A stretch of 64,000 nt of DNA from the human T2T-CHM13v2.0 reference genome, Homo sapiens: the NCBI RefSeq assembly GCF_009914755.1, contig NC_060937.1; one strand, given 5' to 3'. Positions within the stretch are counted from its first letter, which is position 1. Every line of letters starts with the position of its first letter. Shown one piece after another: positions 62,991 to 64,000 of the stretch. Both the position numbers and the translations under genes were made by a program. Under the pieces are notes generated by a model. That model saw only the letters and a list, made by a program, of their open reading frames with translations, was not told the origin of the DNA and did not search any database.

Positions 62991-64000
62991 TTTTTTAGCA
63001 ATGACCAACTTAAAAAGCCACAGAAAGCATCGTTGATGGTTAATCCCTTAATCTCTGTTCCAACTTCATAACACAGAAAATCAACAGTGGAGAGACCTTG
63101 AAACATTAGGAAATCATTATTTCTCCCGTCTTTTTGTAAGAGATGAGGTATTCGTAATATTTCCAAGTCCTGCATAGAGCCAACTCAACACAAAAACAGC
63201 AATTCTTGAAGGTCTACACAGAGAAGGCACTCCATAAATATTTGCAGGCCGACTTGTTCAAATGTGTTTTTAAGAGCACTGCAAAATGTATACCTTGCTT
63301 TACTTGTAAATGTGTATTTTCTCTAAATATCCTCTTCTCATAGATATCCAGTCATTTTCAGTTGCCATCTGGTGCATAATTTCTGGCACAGGTGTGGGCT
63401 GCCCAGGTCTGCGGAGTGGAGAATTTATTGCAACAGTCGATGCTGCTATCCATTCAAGACAGAGGAAACATGTGATCAGTAAAGGCTATAAAACAAACCA
63501 GAATGAAAGCCTTGAATTTTTCAGAAATGCCATGTTTAAAAGTGCTTCTTTAATAATTCAGAGGAGAAATATGTTTGTCTGGTAGCTGGGGTGATTTCAT
63601 GGGTGGATATATCTAGTCAAGGCCTAAAGAATGCAGTGGCCACATGCGGTTGTGACTGCATATTTTCACCCACACAACTGGGCTGTGTTCCTGAGACAGA
63701 TGCTGTTTTACACAGACATGGCTTAGTAGGTATTAGTCCTGGCAAATAGTTCCCAAAGCTGCAGAAGACATAAGGACCTAAATAGCCTAGAATAGTTCAT
63801 CCTAATTTAATCATAAACACAGTATAAAGTACTGTGTTTTATACTCCAAGACGTTACTTTTCTTTTTAAACAATAGCGGCCAGTCTAACTTCATCTGCTG
63901 GACCACTGTGTACATTCAGCTTGCCCCTCGGGTAGTGCTACCTCAGCCTGGTGGTCAAAGTCATTCTGCCTTCCCCACAGCTGCTGTCGTGAGGATTTGC

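Noticed and set aside
62456-63036. 181-aa ORF and overlapping ORFs
   Set aside because: Made of TTTC repeat, Alu and LTR sequence

Overview
Primate (most likely human) non-coding genomic DNA, either intergenic or deep intronic. It is dominated by transposable elements: about 16 Alus, two primate L1PA insertions (one with a twin-priming 5' inversion that splits an Alu), old L1M/L2/MIR fragments, many LTRs (MLT1/MST, MLT2A, MER66, LTR8, MER50, LTR7, MER41, a rearranged MER4-group provirus) and DNA transposon relics (MER1A, MER20, MER44, Charlie1, Tigger2a, Tigger3a, MER33). I cannot support any protein-coding exon, RNA gene, CpG island or CRISPR array. The ORF track is explained by repeats, simple repeats and chance. 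The most unusual structure is at 9127-9887: a patchwork of inverted copies of three separate upstream loci (about 4.6-4.8, 5.7/6.3 and 7.4-7.65 kb), preceded by two interleaved inverted repeats (A-B-A'-B'). It looks like a fossil multi-template-switch repair event. Other items are an ERV bounded by inverted LTR ends, a ~300-nt Alu-tail pyrimidine tract with (TTC)30, and a back-to-back LTR7/MER41 pair. Repeat family names come from my recollection of consensus sequences, not from a search, and boundaries of old elements are approximate.
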